A model generated the notes under the pieces. That model was not told the origin of the DNA. It searched no databases and saw nothing but the letters and a program-made list of their open reading frames with translations. A program made the translations under genes and the position numbers. This document shows positions 50,501 to 60,564 of a stretch of 64,000 nucleotides of DNA, in pieces (the first letter of the stretch is position 1; the number at the start of each line of letters is the position of its first letter). This DNA is from a virus. The stretch lies in the IMG/VR virus record IMGVR_UViG_3300023174_009221. The stretch is one strand, 5' to 3'.

Positions 50501-53049
50501 CCTCACAACAAGCAATTCCAATTTCTACATCAGGCACTGGATTATCATTTGATTATACTATTTCCGGGGGTCTATTTACAACTGTATCAGTAGTGAGTTC
50601 AGGTAGTGGCTATTTACTAGGGGATATTGTAGAAATTTCTGGTGGGTCACAAAATGCTCAAGTTACCATAAACTCAATATTAAACGGCGAAGTGATAGCA
50701 GCTACGATATCAAATGGAGGAGTAGGGTATCAAGTCGGAGATATACTAGACATAGACAACGGATTATCAACAGCGCAAGTTACGGTCATATCAACAACTG
50801 GTTCAATAAATTTGTTACCAGAGGCGTATAAGATAACCAATGTTTTAAATAATCAAATAACGCTTAAAGAAATTATCACAACCACTAGTTCAATTTTACC
50901 ACTATTAACAGGTGGAATCTCATACAATGAAGGAGTCGGAAACAGATGGGGATATATCTATCCACTTAAAATTAATAAGTCACTTATTAAATCGGGGTTA
51001 TTAAAAAGAACTTATCTCTATAACAATTTAATCAAAAATGACGAGTTAGATTTAACAGACAAAGATTTTTCTGACGAGAATGCCTTTAGAAAGTTGATAA
51101 ACATTGAAAATTTGTTTTACAATAATAGTAATATACTTTCAAAGGGGTCGTACCTACATTCATTTTTCACAATGGGTAGTGATTTATGGAATGATGGTCT
51201 TCTTTTTAGATCATTTTGGAAAGGCGGAACTTTTTCAAGAGGTTTAATTAAAGAGTCAAGATGGGAAAACGGATATTTTGAATCTGGTTTATTTTATCAA
51301 TCAAGAAGCTTCAATCAACTACCAACTCCATATGCTCAATTCTATGATTCAGAGAGAATCTACAATAATTTCAAATCAGGACCGACATCTGACATTTTGT
51401 TCAATAATCGTTGGTCTTGGCAATTTGGAACTTTTAGCAATGGTGAGTTTTTGAAGAGCGATTGGGAATTAGGAAATTTCATTGACGGGAAATTTTGGAA
51501 CTCTTCGTGGTATGCCGGAACTTTCAGCAATGGTATTATTGGTGATAAATCAATTTCAAGTCATAATACTCAATTTTTTAACGGAACTGTCTTAAAATCT
51601 ATAGTTGAAAGAGCTGACTTGTTTGCTAGAGACACATCACTAATGGGACTTAGTCAGTCTCAGATTATTTGGAAAGATGGAGTTTTTAATGATGGTATTT
51701 TTGGATGTGATATCATTATTCAAACATCATCAAATCACACCGCAACTTGGGAATATGGAAAATTCAATGGTGGTGAATTTGCAACAAACGCAAAGTGGAA
51801 AAACGGATTCTTTAACGGTGGAAAATTCACATCAGGATTTGGCTGGACCTATGCCACCACAGCACAGACACAATTTGGTTGGGAATCAGGTCAATTTAAT
51901 GGTGGTGAATTTGGCGTAGCGTCTGGGGCAACAAACTCCATGTGGTATACCGGTGAATTTAATGGTGGTAAATTTCAAGGTAGAGTCTGGAAAACCGGTG
52001 TGTTTACTGGAGGTGATTTCATCGGTGGATCGAGCTGGTCCGCAGTCGGTGGCTACAATCCAGACGCAATGACTCAATCAAATGCCGATCAATTTGTAGA
52101 CTCATTTACCTTTTCATTCTGGGGTCTTTGGCAAGACGGTCTTGTAACTAACCGAAAAGACGAATTTATCAAAGACCAAAAAATATTTTCTACTCTTAAA
52201 AGAGCAACCGAAACAATACAATCATCAAGCAGAGTTAATTTTAGTAATATGCTATGGCAATCAGGGACTTTTAGCCATTCAGTCGGTGAATTTAAAAACA
52301 GCGTTTGGTTATCTGGAGAATTTCAGAAGGGCAGGTTTTTACAAAGTTCATTTAACCCCTGGGTTAAAAGAGCACCGTCAACTCTTAGAAGTTTTAATCT
52401 AAATGATGATCTTTTACTACAAACCGGTCAGTGTATCTGGTCTGGTGGGAATTTCGAAAATAGTGATTTTTATATATCACAATGGCAATCTGGAAAATTT
52501 ATTTCAGGAACGGCCTTTGGAATGGTGTGGAGAGGGGGAATTTCTGAGTACATGAATGCTTATAATATATTTTGGGAAGATGGCGTCTGGCGAAACGGCA
52601 ATTGGTTTGGATCTTATATGGTTTACGATGGCGTAAACATTTCAGATTTCAATAAACAAATATTACTCAGGGGCATGTCTTATTCTGGCACATCATCAAC
52701 TCATTTTTGGAACGTCTTTCAGTCAGGTATAGGAAGCACCCAGATTACAACTAATAATGCGTCACAACCCGTTGCGGTGTCTTACCCACCAATACCACCT
52801 GCTAATAATTTTGTCGGTCCTATGTTGTCAGATATAAGGGCTAAGAAAAATATTAAATTTATTAAAGAGATAGGAGTAGTTAACCTCTATCAATTTGAAT
52901 ATATACATCTACCAGGTAGAGTTTTTGAAGGCGTAATCGCGCAAGAACTACTTGATACAGAATATGAAAAATCTGTAATTAAATCAGATTCTGGATTATT
53001 GATGGTAGATTACAATGGACTCGATATAAAATTTAAAGAAATAGTTTAA
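47572..53049 (+). CDS. Giant virion protein with W/F-x-x-G-x pentapeptide repeats and C-terminal S74-like intramolecular chaperone
   Basis: Repeats such as WENGYFESGLF and WKNGFFNGGKF; SDIRAKKNIK...GVIAQEL...VDY at the C-terminus. Confidence 0.75.
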   Translation: MPFFSGLSYSLVGDIKNLKPFTSSTVAGFKPNLSLLAALNKQIKDSISIKPLLVPYGQFLGYGIDANLVGVNSTSITSTTDKPVSARLVNWVEPYLISGVRKTLFYTEVNSGLKPGMRVFIINGNYDSDLLIKTDKYKRGRDGYKVLQVDECRVVLDIDFTGVVPWIESSDSDFVNLYYIDSQSDFDTINREITTKNDTVDYKFNLYQNNLIWTTKQFAPTTNGGPSWGVNSGITQSGFWVRDDSNQLGFGTYSWIDVSSAFLSGSYSWALSTTFSTSTRLKIHNGSFNLQNGWSFQEGFVYKWEIGPTQSSWVPDVKYSQSILTKTNFRDGNFEGTWNAGLYGRRDKKISWNGQKAIWNTGTLLNTKWTSGKMNSIYSLSESYITELDEFGNPYQRINGPNNNGRGWNFIIDSEIEVAEIDNGSFYNTEIGNSTVTYSVVEDHLIQSVSQFPITINKAYFEEPNFKNVKVSNSEIRRARSLNSSFDNVKSISSILKQSVVTNSEWISDETIKILNYDEFNISEWNVLSSTYSQRPAASHKLYKFYISKLDYSRIKRGDAIYFKNILINDGMKNLTNFFDKKLILGTRWQYFDDFYDPTNPYLTSTPQILGGGLVPTYSFYKRGVEVTSYLSTPADNKWTISTTKDTFGNHWTEVEKLNLKSGYSIDVFFSFWDRDDNFVDGLDFDVPTVTTTVYGSETMLFTYSVGVTPFSEIVSPSGQYDSKPYYILTNGATTSYVFFTASNNRWENWQFFNPVNGDTAGSPFYMTLTYSGVNIPDSSTFSWQQASSNAKSIAFSNNYNPQISTSQSVPKVQIDPRPGAKSYILNDDFESGILEKSNWNSGNNINFNADNNITKYSNSGGYFDLQVVTQSQSIIATVGLDNNFRESLDQFFEVGNVMFLNNISYNTEGKINQISILSQGTGYSTSTQNLSGGLGTQATVDITANPIGGIELGDISITMAITTPALPYTYPNGTYTSQQAIPISTSGTGLSFDYTISGGLFTTVSVVSSGSGYLLGDIVEISGGSQNAQVTINSILNGEVIAATISNGGVGYQVGDILDIDNGLSTAQVTVISTTGSINLLPEAYKITNVLNNQITLKEIITTTSSILPLLTGGISYNEGVGNRWGYIYPLKINKSLIKSGLLKRTYLYNNLIKNDELDLTDKDFSDENAFRKLINIENLFYNNSNILSKGSYLHSFFTMGSDLWNDGLLFRSFWKGGTFSRGLIKESRWENGYFESGLFYQSRSFNQLPTPYAQFYDSERIYNNFKSGPTSDILFNNRWSWQFGTFSNGEFLKSDWELGNFIDGKFWNSSWYAGTFSNGIIGDKSISSHNTQFFNGTVLKSIVERADLFARDTSLMGLSQSQIIWKDGVFNDGIFGCDIIIQTSSNHTATWEYGKFNGGEFATNAKWKNGFFNGGKFTSGFGWTYATTAQTQFGWESGQFNGGEFGVASGATNSMWYTGEFNGGKFQGRVWKTGVFTGGDFIGGSSWSAVGGYNPDAMTQSNADQFVDSFTFSFWGLWQDGLVTNRKDEFIKDQKIFSTLKRATETIQSSSRVNFSNMLWQSGTFSHSVGEFKNSVWLSGEFQKGRFLQSSFNPWVKRAPSTLRSFNLNDDLLLQTGQCIWSGGNFENSDFYISQWQSGKFISGTAFGMVWRGGISEYMNAYNIFWEDGVWRNGNWFGSYMVYDGVNISDFNKQILLRGMSYSGTSSTHFWNVFQSGIGSTQITTNNASQPVAVSYPPIPPANNFVGPMLSDIRAKKNIKFIKEIGVVNLYQFEYIHLPGRVFEGVIAQELLDTEYEKSVIKSDSGLLMVDYNGLDIKFKEIV

Positions 53050-53050
53050 T

Positions 53051-56000
53051 ATGCCTTGGATTTCTCAATTTACCGGTCTAGCAACATCACCAAACTTCAG
53101 GTGGGACTTAATTACTAGTGTTACGCCAAATATTTTACAAAGAGATTCGATAAGTCCAACTCAAAACTCAATACTGAGATGGAAAGGAAGTGAACAATAT
53201 CGATTTAAATCCAAAAAAACTTATATCTGGAAAACAGAAGTAGTTAACTTTAATTCAGCTAGTCAGAGTAGGCACCTAAGACTAAGTCCACCTTGGAAAC
53301 CAGGAGCCACTTTTTCGTGGATTTGGAATTCAGCATCAGTAAGTAGAACTTTGCCAATACCAGGAGAAACTAGAAATACACTAATTTATATTGACTCACC
53401 GCTGACTAATTTTAACAGTGATTACCAAGTTATTTACGCAGCAACTAGTAGTGGAATGGATTATCCAAGTGGTATAATTTCACAAAAATTAATCGAATCA
53501 GATTGGCTTATTCAGGGCTATAGTTTCGCAACGTCTTCAAATCTATCAAATGATGCAAAATATGAAGGTTGGAGATATAACGAAACAGGGGATTCATTCG
53601 AGTTTCAACACTCATCAACTACAGATAAAAGACTTCCACTATGTTTATCATCTAACATTCTATCAGGTGATATTAACACAACAGCAGTGAATCTTCAAAT
53701 AACGTTTAATTTACCACCACCTATCGGAGTGCTAACTACAAATTTCGGAGTTACTTATTCAAACTTTGTTTCAAAATATATTGAAAAAGATTATTTTAAT
53801 CTCACACTCTATTCAACCATAGCGGCTAATTCTTACATCGATGCTTACTTATTTGCAACAGAACCGGTTATCACCAAGTATACGTTTGATTTTGACCAAT
53901 TTTTGAAAACTGGTCAAAAAATAGCACACTTTACTCAATCAGGCACGTTTTCATTCTATAACTTAACAGGAAACTCATATCTGACATTTGTATCAGAGTA
54001 TAAAAACACCAATATAGCCTATAAAAATAGTATTTCAAAGATAGATATAATTGGTGGATATTCAACAACTGACAACAACGAACAGTTTGTGATGACTACT
54101 TCAAATCAGTTTTTACCAACAACTTCGCTCAGTCCAATAAATGCCTCCCTAACCGCAACATATAGCGCCGTGGTCACCTCTAACCAAACAAGACATAACT
54201 TATCGGGTAACCTATTTGGTCCACAAGGTGCTACTGGTTCTTTTCAATCCTATTTCTCCAATATATTTGGAACCGTAGTAAATTTGAATGAAATTAATTC
54301 AAAAATAGGAAATGCTAAATTCAACAGCGGTATTTGGGAAAATGGTGTCTGGAATAATGGCCTAAGAATAGATGAAAACCAATGGCAATTTTCAAATGTT
54401 GATTTAGCCGTATTAAACACTTCTCAAAATATAAGTTGGAGAATACAAATTTCAGGTCCTACAGCATCAGTTGCAAATTTTGAAATAGGTGATAGTGTCT
54501 CCATAAGTAATATTGTAGCAATTGATATAAACGAAGAAAGAAAATTATTAAAGAATTTATTTACCATAATCAAAAAATCAGATACTTTTATTATTGTAGA
54601 GATGTCAAATAATTTTCCTATAAGAAGAATTGAAAAAGACTCAAACAATCACCGAATTATAATAACAAAGAATGTTTGGTTGAATGGTGCCTTTTTAAAT
54701 GGATACTTTGAAGGAGTTTGGAATAATGGTTTATTTAGAGGATACCCCTATATAACCGAAATGTGGGATTCTCACTGGATAGAGGGTCAGTTTAGGGGTG
54801 GTAGATTTCACTCTGAAAATACCAGATTACAATACGTAGACACTTACTACTATAACGGTTATGTTGGTCTGACATTTGGTACCACCACTCACAACTTTAT
54901 TACAGGAGATGAAATTATAATAGACAAATTTGACAAAACTGTAAACAGCAGCTATGACGGAGTTCACAATGTAACAGATATAATTGATTCACATTTAATT
55001 ATTACCGATATTCCTTGGGAATCTAACTCAAATGCTGATCCTGGTTTAGTAAAAAAGACCACCAACTCTGGTCTAATTCAACATTTTGAATTTTTTGATG
55101 AAAATGTTGCCCCTAAAACTTCAAAATCATCTACCACATTATCAGATATTTGGAGATACAATTCCTGGATGGACATAACCCATAAAACTCAATCTTCAAC
55201 AAATATTGGGTCAAATAAAATATTATATAACGCCGAAAGTAATGACATTGAAGAAGTTATCTCGAAACATAGATTTGGATTTGGCGACTATACTGCTTTA
55301 AATCTATATGGCTATGTTACAGATGACGTATTGTCATCTAAAAGTCAGTTTCGAGATATTGACTCAACTGTTCGTAGAAACTATTCACTCGGTACTAAAT
55401 ATCAAATTTATCAAGATTTTTTAGGAAGTATTTCAGAGCTATCAAAACCGTTTAATTCAAATCCAGAATTGGGTAATTTAGATAACTTTGTTGAAGATGG
55501 TTGGACTTGGAGTTTTTCAGGAAATCAAGCAACTCACTCGTATGTTAACAGATATTTAGTAGAAAAACCAACTACACAAACCATTTTCACGTATGATGTA
55601 AATGGTGTAGCACCATCTTTTGGTCAAACTCCAAATGGTGGAGTTCCAAGTTGGAACGCGGTCACTTTTACCACGGTCTCAGAAAACACTTTTGGATTAT
55701 TAATTTCAGCCTCTACTTCAAACACAGAGTGGACTGTAAAAACTGCTGGTCAATACGATATAAGTCTTAGAATACAATCCATTTTAGCATTACAAGCCGC
55801 TGCTATTATGGTATCACCAAACGCCTATTTAAGTATTCCCCAAAACTCTATTTTTGGAACAGTTAGAATACTTAGATGGGTAAATGAAACAAGTAGTTGG
55901 CAAACTTTAAAGGCCAGAACAATAAAAAATTCAGGTGGTGATATAAATACAGGAGAATTCACACCAAATTATAGTTCACCTGTCACGTATTTAAGAAATG

Positions 56001-56944
56001 TGCAAATAAATTGCGACTGGTCTGGTTCTTTGAATCTAAATGATAGAATAAAAGTTGAATTTCAAACCGCCTCTTCACAAATCACCGGAAACCTACAAGC
56101 CGGTCCGTGGAGAGGAAATAAATTTTTAGGAGCCACTGATAGAATTAACCAAGCCCTGGTTAAATTCGAACTGCTGCCCAATTCTAATCTTACTATAAGC
56201 AACTCAGGTGTTGAAAAATCACTTGGGTTTAATATAAAAAGAACTACAAATAAAACTTTACAATATGAAAGTGATAGAGAAATATCATTTTTTACACTTA
56301 ATAACACCAACATAAACATAGAAAATAATAGGTATTCAATGATTGAATTTGATGTTATCAGACAACCTGATTCAATTACCAATCTTTTGACATTTGGAAC
56401 ACAAAGTATTGATTTACAGTTTCATACTATCGACCTCTATAACTTTACCAGTTTTGTAAATGAGGAAGGTGTTTATACAGGAGTAAGTTCTTTCCCATCA
56501 GGATACGATCCACTGATAACACCCTATACACAGAGTCTCTCTATTTACTCAGAAGGCATAGATTATAAGTATACAGGTAGTCAAAAAGTAACCGAGTATT
56601 TCTTTAATAGACCAGGGTTAGATTTAGGTCTCCTTAATTTTCAATCTTTATATAATCAAAATACAGAGGACAAAATTCATGAATTAGATAATATTAAATT
56701 CTATGAAGTTGATATGATACCGTTCTTTCAATATACAACTGAAGATTATGTAAACCAACAAATTCAAGTTCCATTTGTTGGAGTAGCCCCTGTTATTGAT
56801 TACAGCGATGAAAACTTCCAGTTTATATCAAACATCAGAATAGGTCTTGATTCAATAGGCATAGAATCAACTAATGTCAATCAATCAGGCACACTGATTT
56901 ATAACACACAACTGGCTCCTCAAACCATTTTAATCAGTCAATAA
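53051..56944 (+). CDS. Large virion protein with W-x-x-G repeats
   Basis: 1297 aa; FNSGIWENGVWNNG and WLNGAFLNGYFEGVWNNG; 1 nt after the upstream stop. Confidence 0.7.
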   Translation: MPWISQFTGLATSPNFRWDLITSVTPNILQRDSISPTQNSILRWKGSEQYRFKSKKTYIWKTEVVNFNSASQSRHLRLSPPWKPGATFSWIWNSASVSRTLPIPGETRNTLIYIDSPLTNFNSDYQVIYAATSSGMDYPSGIISQKLIESDWLIQGYSFATSSNLSNDAKYEGWRYNETGDSFEFQHSSTTDKRLPLCLSSNILSGDINTTAVNLQITFNLPPPIGVLTTNFGVTYSNFVSKYIEKDYFNLTLYSTIAANSYIDAYLFATEPVITKYTFDFDQFLKTGQKIAHFTQSGTFSFYNLTGNSYLTFVSEYKNTNIAYKNSISKIDIIGGYSTTDNNEQFVMTTSNQFLPTTSLSPINASLTATYSAVVTSNQTRHNLSGNLFGPQGATGSFQSYFSNIFGTVVNLNEINSKIGNAKFNSGIWENGVWNNGLRIDENQWQFSNVDLAVLNTSQNISWRIQISGPTASVANFEIGDSVSISNIVAIDINEERKLLKNLFTIIKKSDTFIIVEMSNNFPIRRIEKDSNNHRIIITKNVWLNGAFLNGYFEGVWNNGLFRGYPYITEMWDSHWIEGQFRGGRFHSENTRLQYVDTYYYNGYVGLTFGTTTHNFITGDEIIIDKFDKTVNSSYDGVHNVTDIIDSHLIITDIPWESNSNADPGLVKKTTNSGLIQHFEFFDENVAPKTSKSSTTLSDIWRYNSWMDITHKTQSSTNIGSNKILYNAESNDIEEVISKHRFGFGDYTALNLYGYVTDDVLSSKSQFRDIDSTVRRNYSLGTKYQIYQDFLGSISELSKPFNSNPELGNLDNFVEDGWTWSFSGNQATHSYVNRYLVEKPTTQTIFTYDVNGVAPSFGQTPNGGVPSWNAVTFTTVSENTFGLLISASTSNTEWTVKTAGQYDISLRIQSILALQAAAIMVSPNAYLSIPQNSIFGTVRILRWVNETSSWQTLKARTIKNSGGDINTGEFTPNYSSPVTYLRNVQINCDWSGSLNLNDRIKVEFQTASSQITGNLQAGPWRGNKFLGATDRINQALVKFELLPNSNLTISNSGVEKSLGFNIKRTTNKTLQYESDREISFFTLNNTNINIENNRYSMIEFDVIRQPDSITNLLTFGTQSIDLQFHTIDLYNFTSFVNEEGVYTGVSSFPSGYDPLITPYTQSLSIYSEGIDYKYTGSQKVTEYFFNRPGLDLGLLNFQSLYNQNTEDKIHELDNIKFYEVDMIPFFQYTTEDYVNQQIQVPFVGVAPVIDYSDENFQFISNIRIGLDSIGIESTNVNQSGTLIYNTQLAPQTILISQ

Positions 56945-56945
56945 A

Positions 56946-57659
56946 TTAGATCTGTTTAATTAGGAGATATCCTACTTTTCCAGCTTCATTTTTTGAATGG
57001 TGTCCCATAGATTCAAGTTTAGTTTCTTTTCCAACTAATTTGATTTTAGTAATTTTTTGTTTACCCCATATTCTTTTTTCACCTCTACAGGTTTGACACG
57101 GATTTAATCCTACTTTTCCCTTACCAAAACAAAACTGACAATCAAATCCTTCAAATTTACCAGTGCCTTCACAAAAATCACACCCATCTTCAGAATCAAA
57201 CGATTTAAGTATATTTCCAGATAAGTCTTTTATTACGATTTTAGATTTAGTGTCTTTACCTGTTCCATCGCAGCTTTTACACTTAACAAGTCTCTCATAC
57301 TCAACAGTGCCGTTAAAATCAGAACCAACGGTCAAAATTATATTATTAATCTCATTTTTTTTGAACGTTTCTAAATGCGTCAAATGTGAAGTATGGTCGT
57401 ATTCATAATTTAATTCAAATAGTTCATAGTATTCATCATAAAATCTACCCCATTTACTTCTTTTATCATATTCCTGTCTTTTTTCAGAGCAAAGCACACC
57501 ATAAGCTTCAGTCATCTGGCTGAAAATAACAGGATCTGCTGATGGGTTTTTATCAGGGTGAAATTCAAAGGAAAGCTTATAGTACGCCTTTTTAATTTCT
57601 TTTTCTTCGGCCGAGCTGTCTACACCAAGTATCGAATAATAATTAATGTTTATATCCAT
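56946..57659 (-). CDS. dnaJ: DnaJ-like co-chaperone (J domain + zinc-finger repeats)
   Basis: NYYSILGV...HPDKN; four CxxCxGxG-type repeats. Confidence 0.9.
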   Translation of the reverse strand: MDININYYSILGVDSSAEEKEIKKAYYKLSFEFHPDKNPSADPVIFSQMTEAYGVLCSEKRQEYDKRSKWGRFYDEYYELFELNYEYDHTSHLTHLETFKKNEINNIILTVGSDFNGTVEYERLVKCKSCDGTGKDTKSKIVIKDLSGNILKSFDSEDGCDFCEGTGKFEGFDCQFCFGKGKVGLNPCQTCRGEKRIWGKQKITKIKLVGKETKLESMGHHSKNEAGKVGYLLIKQI

Positions 57660-57676
57660 TAGTAGATTTGGGGGAA

Positions 57677-57868
57677 CTATTTGTTAGTTCGATATTTTTG
57701 TTCAATATAAGCTGCCTTTTTTAACTGCTCTCTTCTTTTAACAGATTTTTTTGTAAACTCTTTTCTGTCTCTTAATTCTTTAGAGACTTTATTTTTATCC
57801 CATTTTCTTTTTAGCACTTTAAGTGCTCTTTCGATTGTTTGCTTTGGTGTGATTTCTACTATAAACAT
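57677..57868 (-). CDS. rpsU: Ribosomal protein bS21
   Basis: IERALKVLKRK...KELRDRKEFTKKSVKRR...KAAY, Bacteroidota-like. Confidence 0.93.
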   Translation of the reverse strand: MFIVEITPKQTIERALKVLKRKWDKNKVSKELRDRKEFTKKSVKRREQLKKAAYIEQKYRTNK

Positions 57869-57913
57869 TCTCTATATTATTTTTTTTATATATTGATAAA
57901 TGGATCAGTTGTT

Positions 57914-59662
57914 TTAAATGTTGTAATCTGATACTTCGGTTATGCTTGAAAAAATATTTTTTTCAATCAGTAGAATTCTATCAAACATTTCCTGATTTAA
58001 CACCGCATGGTGAACTACAAATATATTTATATTATAATCATTTGCAAATGACTTTAAGAGTGTTAATATTTTTTGAATATTATCCAAGTCAACGCTTGCA
58101 AAAACTTCATCTAAAAAAAGAATATTAACATGTTTTTTTGTTCTTATCAATTTTAGATAAGCCGTCAGTATGCAAATATTTGTTAATTTTTGCTCACCGG
58201 TTGATAGTGAGTCATGTTCGACTAGTGAACCCAAGCTCTTAATTTCAGCGGTAAAAGTCTCATCAAGTTTAACCTCAAAATTTAATGACATTTGTTTGAT
58301 GTTTTCAGCAATAAAAAAATTGATAGGCTTTATAATTCCAGAAATTATCGATTTTTTAACGCCTTCTTCCGACAAAATTCTATTCAACTCTCTATAATAC
58401 ATTTCCTTTTCTTTGGAAATAGTCAACATATTTTGTGATAGGTCTTTCTTTTCTTCTAATTCATTTATGGTATTTTGAAACTCCCTGACGTTTAGTGAAG
58501 GTTCTAAATTTTTTGGTAATTTTTGATCATCTCTTTTCTTTGATAATTTATCTATTTCTGCTTTATAATTTCTAAGTAAGTAATTTAAATCATTGAATGA
58601 ATTATTCGTCATCTCAGACAACGATTTAAGTTTATTTTGTCTTTCTTTTATTTTTTTTATATTATCTTCAATTTCTAACTTTACTTGTTCAAATGTTCTT
58701 TTCTTTTCCACTAAAGAGCCGCGCAAAGTAATAAAATGGTCTGAGTCAAAATCTGTTCTACAAGTAGGACATTTACCCGAGTCATAAAGGTCAATTTCTT
58801 GTCCAACAATTTTAATATCATTTTGTGTGTTGATATATTGTTTTTTTTCCAAGTCCAATTCTTCAATAAGTTCATTTTCTTTTAATTTTATTTTTTCAAT
58901 CTTTTCTTTTAAAGACTTGTATTCATCTTTTTTTGAATTCATCTCAACTGAGATTCTATCGATTTCGGATTGTAAATCTTCTTTTTCACGTTCAATTGCC
59001 AGTTCGGCTTCCAATCTTTCTCGTTCAATTGACTTTTCAATCGACCTTTTGATAGAATTTATAGAATCATCTAAGGCAGATATTTCAGAGTCAAGAGAAG
59101 CTAATCTAACTTTATTATTTTTATTTAAATCTTTTAAGATTCCATTTAAAATATTAATCACTTCTAAATTAAATAACTTATCTAGGAGTAATTGCTTTTC
59201 TTCATTAGTAAGTGAGATAAAATTTCTAAAATCATTGATAGACATCGAGATAAAAGACTTAAATGTCTCTATATCCATACCAATATACTTTTCTATCTTT
59301 TCATCGATATTTGATTTACCAGCTCTTTCACAAAGAACTCCATTTTCTACTAAATCTAAAACACTTGGAGAAATTCCCCTTTTAATTTCAACTTCCGTTC
59401 CATTTGACTGAAATTTTATTCGATTTAGTAATTCACCGTTTATTCTATTTGGCAGTGTAGAAAGTTTATGCCACTTCTTTGTTTTACCGGATTTTACTTT
59501 ACCATAAAGCGTATATTCAAAAGATTCGAGTAGAGAACTTTTTCCATTTCCATTTTTTCCGACTAATAGGACTAATTCGCCACTTTCGGTATTTAATTTT
59601 AGAACTTGTTCGTTATTTCCAAATGATTTATAACCACGTATACCTATTTCACTAATTAACAT
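57914..59662 (-). CDS. gp46/SbcC/Rad50-like recombination ATPase
   Basis: YKSFGN, Walker A GKNGNGKS, coiled coil with CPTC hook, LSTGE signature, LFLDEVF. Confidence 0.92.
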   Translation of the reverse strand: MLISEIGIRGYKSFGNNEQVLKLNTESGELVLLVGKNGNGKSSLLESFEYTLYGKVKSGKTKKWHKLSTLPNRINGELLNRIKFQSNGTEVEIKRGISPSVLDLVENGVLCERAGKSNIDEKIEKYIGMDIETFKSFISMSINDFRNFISLTNEEKQLLLDKLFNLEVINILNGILKDLNKNNKVRLASLDSEISALDDSINSIKRSIEKSIERERLEAELAIEREKEDLQSEIDRISVEMNSKKDEYKSLKEKIEKIKLKENELIEELDLEKKQYINTQNDIKIVGQEIDLYDSGKCPTCRTDFDSDHFITLRGSLVEKKRTFEQVKLEIEDNIKKIKERQNKLKSLSEMTNNSFNDLNYLLRNYKAEIDKLSKKRDDQKLPKNLEPSLNVREFQNTINELEEKKDLSQNMLTISKEKEMYYRELNRILSEEGVKKSIISGIIKPINFFIAENIKQMSLNFEVKLDETFTAEIKSLGSLVEHDSLSTGEQKLTNICILTAYLKLIRTKKHVNILFLDEVFASVDLDNIQKILTLLKSFANDYNINIFVVHHAVLNQEMFDRILLIEKNIFSSITEVSDYNI

Positions 59663-59705
59663 TTATTAAATAAATTTAATTATTATATAATAAAATTCAG
59701 AAAGG

Positions 59706-60011
59706 TTACTTAGTGAAGTCTATTCTATAGACATTTGGGTCAAAATCATTGACTATATTAATCATTTGCTCATAGGGAACTAATTTTTTAATAATTCTCA
59801 TCATTAAATTTGAATAATCCCAGTAGTCTTCGATTTCAGAGCCGATTTTTTCTTCTAATTTAGGATCTGGTGTCAAAGAGACGATGGTTTCCCTATAATA
59901 AAATATGGCCTCATAATTTTCAGATTGATAATTTAAATTCATTAACACAAATATACCACCATCAAGTTGGCCCATATAATCAATAATGTCAAATTGTATT
60001 TCATTTTCCAT
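59706..60011 (-). CDS. Hypothetical protein
   Basis: 101-aa ORF, stop/start overlap with the upstream gene. Confidence 0.7.
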   Translation of the reverse strand: MENEIQFDIIDYMGQLDGGIFVLMNLNYQSENYEAIFYYRETIVSLTPDPKLEEKIGSEIEDYWDYSNLMMRIIKKLVPYEQMINIVNDFDPNVYRIDFTK

Positions 60012-60229
60012 TATGAAAGTAGATGTTCTATTTTTTCGTTTCGGCTGTCTATCAAATAACCAGAAGAAAGTAAAGTCAACATCAATGATAACGCCTGTTG
60101 TTGTCTACCATCAGAAACGGCGTGCATCAGATCTTGGTAATATCTATGAATTTTATCTCTTTCAGAATCAGATTTGATTTTACCGACTTTTTTTAAGTCC
60201 AGATAATATTGTTCAATTTTTAAGCTCAT
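60011..60229 (-). CDS. Hypothetical protein ending in RNEKIEHLL
   Basis: 72-aa ORF in the operon. Confidence 0.7.
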   Translation of the reverse strand: MSLKIEQYYLDLKKVGKIKSDSERDKIHRYYQDLMHAVSDGRQQQALSLMLTLLSSGYLIDSRNEKIEHLLS

Positions 60230-60231
60230 AA

Positions 60232-60504
60232 TTATAATATATCGCTAATTTTAAATTCTAGTTTTTTAAATCTATCATCGGTATCGGTAAAGATTATTTG
60301 AACCATCTCAATATCCTTAAACTCCTGAGCCCTGCCAGTGACTTCATTTATCATCACGTCTTTTTTATAGATAATTTCTATAGCTGGTTCTTCACCTAAG
60401 AACCTTCTCATATCTTCTTTCATCTGTGATAACTTCCAATCATCTCTCTTAAAATCAATTCTTGATACATAATCACGAATAGATATTTCTTTTAATGAAC
60501 TCAT
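60232..60504 (-). CDS. Hypothetical protein
   Basis: 90-aa ORF. Confidence 0.7.
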   Translation of the reverse strand: MSSLKEISIRDYVSRIDFKRDDWKLSQMKEDMRRFLGEEPAIEIIYKKDVMINEVTGRAQEFKDIEMVQIIFTDTDDRFKKLEFKISDIL

Positions 60505-60564
60505 AATAAATTTATCTTTTATATACTAAAAAGTCTGGTTGGTTTTAAAGTAAGTTAACTAATG

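Noticed and set aside
58170-59411. Plus-strand ORFs of up to 194 aa opposite the gp46-like gene, and similar short antisense ORFs elsewhere (e.g. 63288-63992)
   Set aside because: Fully overlap well-supported genes; Ser/Phe/Leu-rich composition typical of antisense frames
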